DNA of 64,000 nt from Macrostomum lignano. Its lineage: Eukaryota. Position 1 is the first letter of the stretch. The number at the start of each line of letters is the position of its first letter. Of this stretch, positions 46,122 to 59,404 are shown piece by piece. Where the stretch lies: positions 248,001 to 312,000 of the forward strand of contig NIVC01001264.1 in the NCBI GenBank assembly GCA_002269645.1, in the 5' to 3' direction. The position numbers were made by a program, and so were the translations under genes. The notes beneath the pieces were generated by a model, which was not told the origin of the DNA, did not search any database, and worked only from the letters and a program-made list of their open reading frames with translations.

Positions 46122-49100
46122 ATGACAAGCGACAGCAGCGGGATCAACATCTCCGGTCGCGACTGCACCAGCGATGCATTCAACGACAACGACTATTGCT
46201 TGACAACGGATGAGTACATTGGCGAGATTCTGGCCTACCTGAGGCCCACAGCCTATGAGATTGTGTTGCTATGCCTATACTGCATTGTACTGCTAGCTGG
46301 CCTGCTTGGCAACGCCCTGGTGATAGCGGCTGTGCTGCGCAAGCAGACAATGCGGACAGCCACTAATATGTTTCTTGTGAACTTGGCGCTGGCCGACTTC
46401 CTGGTGATTCTGTTGTGCCTGGTGCCAACCGTCATTGAGGATGTGATGGAGAGCTGGTTGTTTGGAGACGCAGCCTGTCGGGTGCTTAAATACTTGCAGG
46501 TAACAAACTACCTTTTTAAACAGAATGTCAATTCAGAAACTGATGCAGACGCAAGGGTGCTTGTCAGCGTCTGGGTGACGACTGAATGCTTGAGAGACCA
46601 CACCAGCTGAAGGTCCAGAAGCTCCAACGGGACGAACGAAGTCAGCTAATGCAGACACATGTGATGGGCGTTCTATGAAATTTTGAGGCTTTACAAGACC
46701 GCCCTGAGGCCGCAGTCGTATTGAATACACTGGCGCTTATGGGAAAAATGTGACCTTCTGGCAGAATTGTTAAATATCTCGACGATTCGGAGGGCTGGCG
46801 ACTTGCTTGGTTCGTGTTTGTGTGCCTGCATTGCTCCGTTGATCCGGCGCAGCAAAAACGTCAGGGAGGGGAGGGTTATTCCCCTCTGGTAGTTCTATTC
46901 TTAGAAGCCTCTCAGCTTCTAGAAAGTCCTTTTAGTACGGGGTTTTCTTTGGGAGCACGAGAATTTCTTGCAGTGAGGTTTTCCCGGATGGTTTCTTGCC
47001 AGTTGGAATTTCAAATCAAATCCAGTCTATAGACAATGCTGGACTAGATTAGAACTAGACTAGACTAGAAATAAACTAGACTAGACTAGAACTAGACTAG
47101 ACTAGACATAAACTAGACTAGATTAGAACTAGACTAGACATAAACTAGACTAGATTAGAACTAGACTAGACTAGACATAAACTAGACTAGATTAGAACTA
47201 GACTAGACTAGAAATAAACTAGACTAGACTAGAACTAGACTAGACTAGACATAAACTAGACTAGATTAGAACTAGACTAGACTAGACATAAACTAGACTA
47301 GTTAGAACTAGGCTAGACTAGATTTGATTTGAAATTCCGACTGAAAAAACCCTGCGGAAAAACCTCCTGTGGGAAATCCTCGTAGACCCTTTTCTTTTTG
47401 AGTTAAATCGGTTAAATGTAAGGAAAATTAGTCTATTAGAAACTTCTGGCTCCGTCAACTGATTTTTAAAGGTTCTGTTCAATATATAAAAAAGTGTTTA
47501 TCTTCAAATTAAATTTCTGAAATTCAATTAAGGCAGCTCTAAGAATTGTATGAACTCAAAAAAATCAATACCGTTTAAATTTAGAGATAATATCTACTCG
47601 CATGAGAGAGATTGCCGCAGACAACGCACTCTCGGTACAACAGACAGCTCATTCGATGACTTACGTTGACTTTCTAATCGTCAGTCAGACATGATAATTA
47701 GCATGTCAGAATATGTCAGAAACAGACTCTCTTCCTAAAGCTATACATAGTGCAGCATTAGCTTTCTATTTGTTCGGGCAGGTCCCAATGCAAGGACCAC
47801 ACAAAATTGAGCTGTTGCAAAAGGATCTTGTCAGTTTTAGACTGAAACTTCATTTTTCACAGACATGTCCCTGTAATTATACAAATTGCAGCACGCATCA
47901 CATCTTTTTTATATTCAGCTCCGTACTGGTATACATGTAGCTATACTTTTGGCTTCCTGTGGAAAAGATTTCTGCAGAAATTTCTTTCGCCTTCTTTCTC
48001 ATACTGCAGCGGCAACTGGATCAAAATACTAGCAGTTTTACGGGCATATTTTTGATGAAGCCACTATTTAGGCCATATCCCACATTTAGCGAGGAAAATT
48101 TTCTAGGCTTTTATAGTGTTAATCCGCAAGACTGGTTCACTTTCTGCAACACCCACGGCTCTTGCTTGTAGCTATCTGAAGCGTAAATACAGAGACACAA
48201 CACCAGTCTACCCAGCTTTCAACCACAAAGCCATTGCAAATGGAAGGCCTGAAAATTTACTAATCTTCTCTGCGCTAATCCACCACTCACGGTTTTGATG
48301 CCGCAAACTGCCGCGATTTAAGCGCTAGCAACGCAGTAGCGAGAAAGTTAATGTAATAAGATGACGCGATTATGGCTTCCTGTAAACAAATTAAATCGTT
48401 CGTTCCATCTCATGACCAATTCGCAGAGGACTTTTGAAAGGGTTTTAGGGGACACAGCGGGAAGGCGCGGACGCAGCTGTGCTGTTCTCTGAAGAGGATT
48501 GAGTTGAGCCCTTGAGCGCATGAGGTGATGATTAGAATTTTCCGGTTTGCACGCTTCGGTAACTGATAATAAATGTGTGCAGCCCCGAAGGTCAGTTGGT
48601 CCGGATCGCAAAAAATTAAAATGCTGACAAAATACTCGGCGGAATTTCGTCACCTGAGTTACAACAACTGCAGAGAAAATACACATTCACGTTCGTATAC
48701 CAGGATGTTATATTTCACATTTGTGCTTTATTGCAACTGTTTTAGTAGTTGCATTTGGCAGCAGTTTTATCACTGGAGACCCCCCACGGGTGTCCCATTG
48801 TGCACGAGTTGTTTACGGCTTGTAAATTGCTGTTATTATAACTTTATTAAGCGCTCTATTTGATTATTATTGCTATAGGCCAAGTCAAGGCTCATATGTG
48901 GGTAATTGCTCAGATTTAAGGCTCATGGGGGATTGCTGAAATGCTTCAATCCTATTATACAGAGACTAACAAAATTCGTAACTGTAAGTCTTGTGAGCTG
49001 TAAATATCGGTGCCAAAATCATAACATACTTTTTAGCTACAGTACACGCACTTAATGTAATTTTAAGGTCAAGTTTTATTGTTACAAAATTTTAGTTCAT

Positions 49101-52100
49101 GTAGACGGGAAATCCTAGCCCCCTCCCGTTGGGAGCCAAAAAATGCAAATATAAGTCTGAATTGACGCTACTGGTATGCTCTACGTTACAGAACGCATCG
49201 CGCTGAAAGAGGTTTTGCCTAAGATGAATTCGATTAAGAAAGTCTGACTTCTCAAAGCTGAAGTAAAGAATGGCGTAGAGAGGACCGCTAGCAAAAGAGG
49301 ACAGTGAGAGGACAGTGAATGCAGGTGACTGACGGTTTGAAGTTTGACGTGATTTCAGTTAATAGTCTATGGTATTTCCACTGCGGCGAAAAAATGAGTG
49401 CCTGACTGCGGTGCCAAAATGAGTGCCTGACTGCGGTGCCAAAATGAGTGCCTGCGGCGCCAAAATGAGTGCCTGACTGCGGTGCCAAAATGAGTGCCTG
49501 CGGCGCCAAAATGAGTGCCTGCGGCGCCAAAATGAGTGCCTGCGATGCCAAAATGAGTGCCTGCGGTGCCAAAATGAGTGCCTGCGGTGCCAAAATGAGT
49601 GCCTGCAGTGCCAAAATGAGTGCCTGCGGTGCCAAAATGAGTGCCTGCGGTGCCAAAATGAGTGCCTGCGGTGCCAAAATGAGTGCCTGCGGTGCCAAAA
49701 TGAGTGCCTGCGGTGCCAAAATGAGTGCCTGACTGCGGTGCCAAAATGAGTGCCTGCGGTGCCAAAATGAGTGCCTGCGGTGCCAAAATGAGTGCCTGCG
49801 GTGCCAAAATGAGTGCCTGCGGTGCCAAAATGAGTGCCTGCGGTGCCAAAATGAGTGCCTGCGGTGCCAAAATGAGTGCCTGACTGCGGTGCCAAAATGA
49901 GTGCCTGCGGTGCCAAAATGAGTGCCTGCGGTGCCAAAATGAGTGCCTGCGGTGCCAAAATGAGTGCCTGCGGTGCCAAAATGAGTGCCTGCGGTGCCAA
50001 AATGAGTGCCTGCGGTGCCAAAATGAGTGCCTGCAGTGCCAAAATGAGTGCCTGCGGCGCCAAAATGAGTGCCTGCGATGCCAAAATGAGTGCCTGCGGC
50101 GCCAAAATGAGTGCCTGCGATGCCAAAATGAGTGCCTGCGATGCCAAAATGAGTGCCTGCGATGCCAAAATGAGTGCCTGCGATGCCAAAATGAGTGCCT
50201 GCGGTGCCAAAATGAGTGCCTGACTGCGGCGCTAAAATGAGTGCCTGCAGGGCCAAATTGAGTTCTAACAAAACCGATTCTCAAATTAAAGTACATGCAG
50301 CAATTTAGTCATGTACATGTAGAAGATTTTGCTTTCCCTCCACCTTAAATTCCAAAAGATAATAAGATTAAAAAACCCAATAACAACTGTGAAAACTTGC
50401 TCACGAAAACTTTACCGCCGACTTTTTCAATTATCAATTTTTTAGCACTTCTAGGATTTGAAATATTTTCTTCCAGAATCATGTCTTAGATCATTTCTCC
50501 TGGTTTACCGTCTCATTTTTGTGTAATTCCCTCACAACTCGCCATCTGCAGCCAGTGTCGGTCACCGTGTCCGTACTGACGATGACACTGAACTCGGTTG
50601 AGCGCCTACTAGCAGTCTGCTTCCCGATGAAAGTGAAAACAACTAAAAAACGAGTAGGCAGCCTCATCATGCTGGCCTGGACCATTGCTCTGGCGTCAAA
50701 GCTGCACTACCCCTTCACTATGGAGGCGGTCCCGTTCCCCAATCTGCCAAACGACACCGCCTTGCTGACCTCCTGCCGCTCCAATTGGAAACAGCTGGAC
50801 CAGAACGGCACCGTCTTTATCAATTTTGAAATTGGCGCCAGCATTCTTGATTCCCTGCTGTTCTTTGTCCTGCCGTTCGCATGGATGCTGGTGGCCTACA
50901 GCATGGTGTGTCATCGCCTGTGGCATGCTTCTGTGCCTGGGGAGGCCTCGCATGTTCAGCAGCGCAGTGAGAATTTTTTGTGCTTTTCAGTATATTGTAC
51001 AAGTGTCTTGGCGTGCCCCTGGTGCTAAAGCCCCTGGTGCAAAAGACCCTGGTGCTAAAGCCCCTGGTGCTAAAGACCCTGGTGCTAAAGCCCCTGGTGC
51101 TGAAACCCCTGGTACTAAAACCCCTGGTGCTAAAGACTCTGGTGCTAAAACCCCTGGTGCTAGAGCCCCCTGGTGCTAAAGACCCCTGGTGCTAAAGCCC
51201 CTGGTGCTAAAGCCCCTGGTGCTAAAGCCCATTGGTGCTGGCGCCCCTTGGTGCTAAAGCCCCTGGTGCTAAAGCCCCTGGTGCTAACATCCCTGGTGCT
51301 AAAGCCCCTGGTGCTAACATCCCTGGTGCTAAAGCCCCTGGTGCTAACATCCTGGTGCTAAAGCCCCTGGTGCTAAAGCCCATTGGTGCTGGCGCCCCTT
51401 GGTGCTAAAGCCCCTGGTGCTAAAGCCCCTGGTGCTAAAGACTTCTGGTGCTAAAGCCTCATGCATTTGGTTAATTTAAAAATCATCCCATACGAGCACC
51501 TGATGCACTTGCTGTACACCAGGCAGACCCAGCCACCATCGTGCTGGCAGCAGCCGCATCTCCGGATCTGGCCGGAAGTCGACATCCAGCGCTTTGCCAG
51601 CTTCCGCGGCTGCCTCGGTAGTCTCTCCGGACTCAACACTGGCTCAGCGGAGGCGCACCGCCCTGATGCTGGTGTCCATCGTGCTCATCTTCTTCGTGTG
51701 CAACCTGCCTGTGCACATTATGCGAGTGGCGTGAGTGCCTTTCGGGTCTGTTGTAGATTCGGCTGCACATATGCTCAAATGGTAGGCATATCTACTCTAA
51801 TGAGATTCGTCTCTATATTCAAATGAGAACCGTATTTACTCAGATGAGTACCAATGCCTACCTAGATGAGTACAGATGTCTACTCAGATGAGTACCAATG
51901 CCTACCTAGATGAGTACAGATGTCTACTCAGATGAGTACCAATGCCTACTCAGATGAGTACCAATGCCTATTCAGATTCAGTACCAATGCCTACTTAGTT
52001 GAAACGACGTTGGACTCAAAGAGTGCTCAAATCTAACAAAAATAAAGTTCGACATGTCTCTCTCTTTCTCAAATAATTTTCAGAAATGTTTACTTCTCGG

Positions 52101-55100
52101 GCAGGCAGTTCTCGCACTCTCAGCACCACCTGAAAATTGCCATCCAGCACATTGCCGGCACAGCTCACTGGATTTGCTATTTCAATGCGGCAATCAACCC
52201 CATCGTGTACAACATACTGAGTGGTAGGTGGTGTAAAGAACCAGTATTGCAACAGTGGAAGTGCTTTGGTTTTGTTAAAACTTGAATTCTTCACCTAATA
52301 TATAGGGTGTTCCTGTGAATTGACATTCCTGTGAATTGACATTCTTGTGAATTGACATTATTGTGAATTGATATTCTTGTGAATTGACATTCTTGTGAAT
52401 TGATATTCTTGTGAATTGATATTCTTGTGAATTGACATTCTTGTGAATTGACATTCTTGTGAATTGACATTCTTGTGAATTGATATTCTTGTGAATTGAC
52501 ATTCTTGTGAATTGACATTCTTGTGAATTGATATTCTTGTGAATTGACATTCTTGTGAATTGATATTCTTGTGAATTGACATTCTTGTGAATTGATATTC
52601 TTGTGAATTGACATTCTTGTGAATTGACATTCTTGTGAATTGATATTCTTGTGAATTGATATTCTTGTGAATTGACATTCTTGTGAATTGATATTCTTGT
52701 GAATTGACATTCTTGTGAATTGACATTCTTGTGAATTGATATTCTTGTGAATTGACATTCTTGTGAATTGACATTCTTGTGAATTGACATTCTTGTGAAT
52801 TGACATTCTTGTGAATTGATATTCTTGTGAATTGATATTCTTGTGAATTGACATTCTTGTGAATTGATATTCTTGTGAATTGACATTCTTGTGAATTGAC
52901 ATTCTTGTGAATTGATATTCTTGTGAATTGACATTCTTGTGAATTGACATTCTTGTGAATTGATATTCTTGTGAATTGACATTCTTGTGAATTGATATTC
53001 TTGTGAATTGACATTCTTGTGAATTGATATTCTTGTGAATTGATATTCTTGTGAATTGACATTCTTGTGAATTGACATTCTTGTGAATTGATATTCTTGT
53101 GAATTGACATTCTTGTGAATTGACATTCTTGTGAATTGATATTCTTGTGAATTGACATTCTTGTGAATTGACATTCTTGTGAATTGATATTCTTGTGAAT
53201 TGATATTCTTGTGAATTGACATTCTTGTGAATTGATATTCTTGTGAATTGACATTCTTGTGAATTGACATTCTTGTGAATTGATATTCTTGTGAATTGAC
53301 ATTCTTGTGAATTGACATTCTTGTGAATTGATATTCTTGTGAATTGACATTCTTGTGAATTGATATTCTTGTGAATTGACATTCTTAGGAATTAAAACTT
53401 TTGTAAATTAACATTCTTGTGAGCTGACATTCTTGTAAATTAAAATTACTTTGAATTAACATTATTGTGAATTGACATTCTTGTGAATTGACATTCTTGT
53501 GAATTGATATTCTTGTGAATTGACATTCTTGTGAATTGACATTCTTGTGAATTGATATTCTTGTGAATTGACATTCTTGTGAATTGATATTCTTGTGAAT
53601 TGACATTCTTGTGAATTGATATTCTTGTGAATTGACATTCTTAGGAATTAAAACTTTTGTAAATTAACATTCTTGTGAGCTGACATTCTTGTAAATTAAA
53701 ATTACTTTGAATTAACATTATTGTGAATTGACATTCTCTTGAATTGAAATTCTTGTGAATTAACATTCTTGTGAATTGATATTCTTGTGAATTGTCATTT
53801 CTGTGAATATCATTGCTGTGAATTGCCATTCCTGTGAATTGACACTCTCTTGAATTGAAATTCTTGTGAATTAACATTCTTGTGAATTGATATTCTTGTG
53901 AATTGTCATTTCTGTGAATTATCATTGCTGTGAATTGCCATTCTTGTGAATTGCCATTCATGTGAATTGACATTCTCTTGATTTGACAATCTTGTGAACT
54001 AAAATTCTTTTAAATCGTCTTTCCAATGAATTTTTAATCATCTGAATTGTCATTCCTGTCAATTGTCACTGATGTTGGATGTCACACTTGTGAAATTGAG
54101 CTCTGCTTGTGAAGGAGTGATAGATTAATGCCGAGAAGATCGAAGGTTGACAGTGGGAATCTGGCTGTGCTGGGGCCACATCTGGCTTTTCGTCAGACGA
54201 CTTCATGTCGCTATTGAAATATTTATAAAAATCCTTAAAACTTATATACTCAATACTCAAGTCTACAGTGCCCAGGATGTTTTATCATGTGGGAAGTAAT
54301 GTTATCTACCAATTTATTAATTCGAAATCCCAAGATGACCGTACTGTTAATAAAAAGCCGCGTTTTTAGATAAAACTATGCATCATGCAGCTTTATCTCA
54401 GGAGAACTGCTATTAAGTTAAAAGGAATTTTATTATTTAACATTTATGGCTTATTTCCATTAGCATGAGATAATTTTCATAAAGATTATCGAAAGAATTC
54501 CGAAAGAACCGCCCGTGAAGAGTTGGTGGACGAGGCACTAGGGGAAACTCCTTGTAGCATTGCTCACTTTTAACATGTGCTCACAACCCTAGATCATTGA
54601 AACTTAGAACCCTGGATCATTGACACTTAGTTAGAACCCTGGATAATTGACACTTAGTTTTAGAATCTTGGATCATTGACACTTATTTTAGAAACCTGGA
54701 TCATTGCCGCTTAGTTAGAACTCTGGATCATTGACACTTAGAACCCTGGATCATTGACACTTATTTTTAGAAACCTGCATTATTGCCACTTAGTTAGAAC
54801 CCTGGATAATTGCCGCTTAGTTAGAACCCTGGATAAGTGACACTTACGCTCGTAATTTTAGGACCCTGGATCATTGACACTTAGTTAGAACCCTGGATAA
54901 TTGCCGCTTAGTTAGAACCCTGGATAATTGCCACTTAGTTAGAACACTGGATAATTGCCGCTTAGTTAGAACCCTGGATAATTGCCACTTAGTCAGAACC
55001 CTGGATAATTGCCACTTAGTTAGAACCCTGGATAATTGCCACTTAGTTAGAACCCTGGATAATTGCCGCTTAGTTAGAACACTGGATAATTGCCGCTTAG

Positions 55101-55601
55101 TTAGAACCCTGGATAATTGCCACTTAGTTAGAACACTGGATAATTGCCGCTTAGTTAGAACCCTGGATAATTGCCGCTTAGTTAGAACCCTGGATAATTG
55201 CCGCTTAGTTAGAACCCTGGATAATTGCCACTTAGTTAGAACACTGGATAATTGCCACTTAGTTAGAGCACTGAATGATTACGAGTAGCTGTCTTGAAAA
55301 CATAAACTGCATCGCACTCAATACTTTCTACTTATCAGTAGACGAACTCTGGCAACCCACGGCAATTTACTTCTGCTACCCCTCATTATCCACAGCAAAA
55401 TTTCGCGCAGAGTTCCGACTCGTGATCCGGCGCTGGGTGCCTCGCTTCTGCCGCCGCTGTCGCGAAGACGAAGGCCTCAGCGCTGTCGCCCAGTCGGAGA
55501 TTCTGCTGCGGCGCCGGCCCGCGGTGATGCTGCACTCCGGAAACTGGATGCCAATGATGCTGATAAGGAACTCGGCAGCTGGGGCTTCGAGCTACAGTTG
55601 A
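46122..55601 (+). CDS. Class A GPCR, orexin/allatotropin receptor-like; exons 46122-46499, 50552-50966, 51523-51730, 52084-52223, 55396-55601
   Basis: NDYC....EY...I...L.PT.YE.VL, GLLGNALV..AV.R...MRT.TN.FLVNLALADFLVILLC, C..LKYLQ|.VSVTVSVLT; TM6 RRRTA.MLV.IV.IFFVCNLPVH; TM7 AHW.CYFNAAINPIVYN.LS|.KFRAEF. All introns GT-AG and in phase. Confidence 0.88.
46555..46910 (+). repeat. Dispersed repeat family copy C in GPCR intron 1
   Basis: Homologous to 16590-17030 and 19960-20295, including the terminal purine/pyrimidine hairpin and TAGTTCTA. Confidence 0.72.
46951..47389. mobile_element. MITE/foldback with ~75-bp imperfect TIRs enclosing a (CTAGA)n microsatellite
   Basis: 46951-47025 is the imperfect reverse complement of 47320-47389 (GGAATTTCAAATCAAATC.AGTC core). 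Ends are GGG...CCC, with TTT on both flanks. Confidence 0.6.
49395..50245. repeat. 21-bp minisatellite (GAGTGCCTGCGGTGCCAAAAT, with 25-bp variants) in GPCR intron 1
   Basis: Read directly. Confidence 0.97.
51020..51460. repeat. 15-bp minisatellite (AAAGCCCCTGGTGCT) in GPCR intron 2
   Basis: Read directly. Confidence 0.95.
51835..52000. repeat. 22-bp minisatellite (CAGATGAGTACCAATGCCTACT) in GPCR intron 3
   Basis: Read directly. Confidence 0.9.
52312..54065. repeat. 16-bp minisatellite (TTGTGAATTGA[C/T]ATTC) in GPCR intron 4
   Basis: Read directly; degenerates after about 53390. Confidence 0.97.
54590..55275. repeat. 27-bp minisatellite (TTAGTTAGAACCCTGGATAATTGCC[A/G]C) in GPCR intron 4
   Basis: Read directly. 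Confidence 0.95.
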
Positions 55602-55741
55602 CAGATGCAGATATTAAATTGCACTACTAAATTGCACTATATATAGCAGTGCTTGTACTTTGTTATAAGATACTTTTAACAATTGTAGCAGAAGGAATTA
55701 CATTATTTTACTATAGTGCATTGTTACTCTATCTACATACA

Positions 55742-56080
55742 TCTGTCTGTCTTAGTGTCTTAGTGTCTGTCTCTGTCTTGACTGTCTGTCTGTCTTAGTG
55801 TCTTAGTGTCTGTCTCTGTCTTGACTGTCTGTCTGTCTTAGTGTCTTAGTGTCTGTCTCTGTCTTGACTGTCTGTCTGTCTTAGTGTCTTAGTGTCTGTC
55901 TCTGTCTTGACTGTCTGTCTGTCTGTCTTAGTGTCTTAGTGTCTGTCTCTGTCTTGTCTGTCTGTCTTAGTGTCTGTATGTCTGTCTCTGTCTTGTCTGT
56001 CTGTCTGTCTGTCTTAGTGTCTGTATATCTGTCTCTGCCTTGTCTGTCTGTCTGTCTTAGTGTCTGTATGTCTGTCTGTT
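55742..56080. repeat. (TGTC)n-based compound repeat downstream of the GPCR stop
   Basis: Read directly. Confidence 0.9.
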
Positions 56081-56709
56081 GCTAAGCCCCACTTGTTATT
56101 CAATATCATCCTTTAGTGTAAAAACATGATGTAACACGTGTTTCGATAGCTTGGTTGTCACTATATTCAATATTTACTCGCAAAAGTCTTGCATATTCAA
56201 ATGAGTTTGCCAGATGCAGAAGCACATGGGCACACGTATTTCATGTAGGCGTCAGGTTTTATAAGACCAAAATTTCAGCTTTGACGAAACCTAAAAATTA
56301 AAAAAAACTTCAACTCTACAAAGCATTACTTAATTCTTCGTCATACAAGTACATTTTCAACAAAATTATAAGCTCGTACACTGGGCAACCTAAAACTGCA
56401 GTAAGTCTACAATGAAGCATGAATCTATATTTATTGTACAATTTTTAGGTGACCTGTTATTCAATGTACTATAAATATAAAAGCACAGCTGTTACACTGT
56501 ATGTTGTTTAATATATTTTACTAGCTAAACCTGTTGTTTCATACTATTGATGAGGACGCACTTTTTTCCAAACTTCACACTCGCACATTGGCTCCAAACT
56601 TACTAGCCTACTAACAACAGGCTATGGGCATCTTTTCTTTTCTTTATGTAATTTTCCTAGAATTCATACTAGTTATATGATTTTGCCTTACTTGTAGTTA
56701 TAATAACAT

Positions 56710-57071
56710 AGGTGCGGCTTTTGGGTCATAAATCATTGCTTTCGAGCTGGCCTGACAGCCACCTGCGCCTCACTCAATGCTAAGGCTGGCGCCAGATGGT
56801 CTGAGAGGATGCGGGCGGTAGCTTTTTTCATCATTTTGACAGGCCATCAGATTTATGAGGTCAGGGCCTATTGTTCGTGTTGACTCAAGCGTGTGACAGC
56901 TATGCGTTTTACCCCTAAAAGTACGTTGGGATTAGCTATTTCTCTTCATTATCTTCACTTTCTACTTAATACGACCTTTCTAATGTATATTTTTTCATTA
57001 ATTTTTGTCATTCCTACGCGAAAGGTCATAAATCATTATGTAGCGATTTTGAGTGATTTATGACCGCACCT
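56710..57071. mobile_element. Possible MITE
   Basis: Left AGGTGCGG(cttttgg)GTCATAAATCA versus right TGATTTATGACCGCACCT, plus an internal third GGTCATAAATCA at 57024. No TSD identified. Confidence 0.35.
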
Positions 57072-58567
57072 GTCGTATTTTTATGGCCCCGAGGGAACTG
57101 ATAGGATCTTCTGGTCACGTGAGTTTGGATGGCAAGAAGCTCAGCCAATCAGAAAATTCGACGTGCGTTTTAACAAATCGGCTCAGCCAATCAGCGTCGA
57201 GGTGTTCCATTATAACAAATTGCGGTCCAGTTGGCGGCTATTTAAACCGGTGTTTTTGGCCCGCTCGAACTCAACCTCCTGCTCCGCCTCCTGGGACTTT
57301 GGCCTAGCTTAGACCTCCCGGAGCTCGACCGTCGTCTTTTGATCCCCAGATCGCGGTCGACTTCCCCCCTCATCATCAAGGACGAATCCCCCCGGTCGTC
57401 AGCAGCGAACATCAGATTAAGATCATCACCTGCTAGCTATCTGCTAAGATTGTGACATCAGCATCATCCCGGGCCTACAGCTGCGAAGCACTAAGCCGAT
57501 TCGGTCACTGTGGATTACCCATGGTCTCCGGCTGTTGAGTTTCTGATTGGTTGGGTGAGAGGCTACCTAGACTTGCTTGATTGGGTGATCCCCTATCTGT
57601 CCCCTGTTTCAGTAGCTGGATTAGGCGCACACTTTTGCTCATTTTGTTCAGCAGTGCTGTTATTGAGGTAGAAATCATTCAATAATACTGTTAGTAGTCT
57701 GAAACTCCAATTCAATCTGAAGTGTGAAGTGATTTAAGGAGAAGGTTAAATCTGACAGTTATTTTTATCGGTTTTATTTCTTTGCTCGCCGATGGCTCAG
57801 ACGAGTAGTAGGCGCCGGTCGCAGTGGACCAATGGCAAGGCAGTTCTCAGTCGATCAATCCATCAAATCAGTGAGCAAAATTGCCAATAGTGCAAAATCG
57901 GCGCCAGAGATGTACTTTGTGCACTCTAGGTTCGCCAAGCGGCTCGGGTAATGAATCATGCGGTCTCTGAAGTTCGAGTTAGCCTATCATCAGCGCTATG
58001 AGAGGCTGGTTGGCGCGTTGAAGGCCAAAAGTACATTCCTCGTATTTAGCAATGTAATAGTACATGTAGCTACCCCATAGTCTCGCCACTGCAAGAATCC
58101 CTTACACAAGTCCCCTCTGTACCTGCATGGCCAATGCGATCAAGTCTCAGCAGTGTCCCTTATCATCGGCTATGACTTCGAGATTGACAGCAAAAAGACA
58201 CTAGTTGGCAGGTATAAAGTGCTAAGCCCCCTCTAGTCGGAAGCCCGATTTCGAAAGTTCCGGTTTGGTGAGCCAGGACGCACGGGCTGGTGGCAGCGGG
58301 TTAGTTAATCTGCGGATTAGCTGATCTCTACCTTCAAAATTCTCCCTGCTTGTCTCTCGCTGTCCCTCTCTTAGCTATAGGACCTAGACTGCTCGCCACA
58401 CGATCAAGCTACCATGGGGCTGACCATCTGACAGGAGTGGGGGGCCAGGACTCTAATTGATTTATTTCTGAGACCTGAGGCCCGAAGGCTTCCCGAAAGG
58501 GGCCGAAAAGGCCGAAACCCATCACTAAACAATTACTAATTACACCTGCCCCTATAGAGGCAGCTTT

Positions 58568-58810
58568 GTGCAACCGACAGCTCAGCCGCAGCTATTGCGC
58601 GGCGCATCTGAAGGCTGCGTACGGCTGTTCAGTCCAAGGACTGGGGGGTCGCCACACACACAGCCTCAATTATCCCAGCTAATGCTGGCACCCATTTTAC
58701 AGCTGGGTGAACTGAAGCAATGCAGAGTTGTCTTGCTCAAGGGCACAAATTCTTCCGATTTACGACTGGATCGAGAATCGAACTCACGAGTGTCAGTCGT
58801 GAATACGACT
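58568..58810 (-). mobile_element. Second copy of the tRNA-derived SINE (A-box end degraded)
   Basis: Collinear with 36759-37000; minus-strand B box GAGTTCGATTCTC. Confidence 0.8.
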
Positions 58811-59404
58811 GCAACCCTTAATAACTATTTTCAGTATAAAAAGATAATACGAGCGTATAGTGTAGTCAGTGCATATAGTGCACTTTAAAAATGAGAAAGA
58901 CTACATGTACAATTAAAGGCTAAAGCATAGAAAAATTAGGTTGGCAAACTTTCATCGTACCGATATGTCGGTAGTCACATGATTCATGTGAATTTACATT
59001 AAACTTTTAGAAATTTGCATGAACTATACAAATACACTGTACAGTACACTAAGACTACACTAAGCACTTTAAGCGACATTGTCACGCAACCGGCGAGAGG
59101 CATTGCTGCCAATTGCGCGGACTCCCCTGAGCAGGCACACAAGCGCGCGGATACGTACGCAGTCATACGCGCAGGCACACACTCACACAGGAGTGTACAG
59201 CGGCCCTAACTTTATTTTATCGTTAGGCATGTACACTTCACTGTGCCTTTGGGGGTTGGCTCTCAAGGCCGTTAATTGCACGAGCAGAGCCAAGCCGAGA
59301 TTCCAATTCAGCCCCAAATTAATGCCGCTGACACATCAGAGCGCCGCGCTAGAGCACTGGGCCACAGTCCCAGTGCAGTACTGATCCCTCATTTTCATTA
59401 TCTA

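Noticed and set aside
47960-48860. Short ORFs in GPCR intron 1 as a possible transposase remnant (WNERF)
   Set aside because: Hand translation gave no extended motif, and I found no flanking TIRs.
49288-50296. Three ~300-aa ORFs (GTAGTHF, QALILAP, RRHSFWH repeats)
   Set aside because: Products of the 21-bp intronic minisatellite; they have no non-repetitive domain.
52275-53606. Long minus-strand ORFs of 330-363 aa (MSIHKNVNSQECQFTR...)
   Set aside because: They are stop-free readings of a 16-bp array in all three frames, inside a GPCR intron on the opposite strand.
59079-59332. Solo LTR (TGTCACG...CTGACA)
   Set aside because: No matching 4-6 bp target-site duplication, PBS or second copy.
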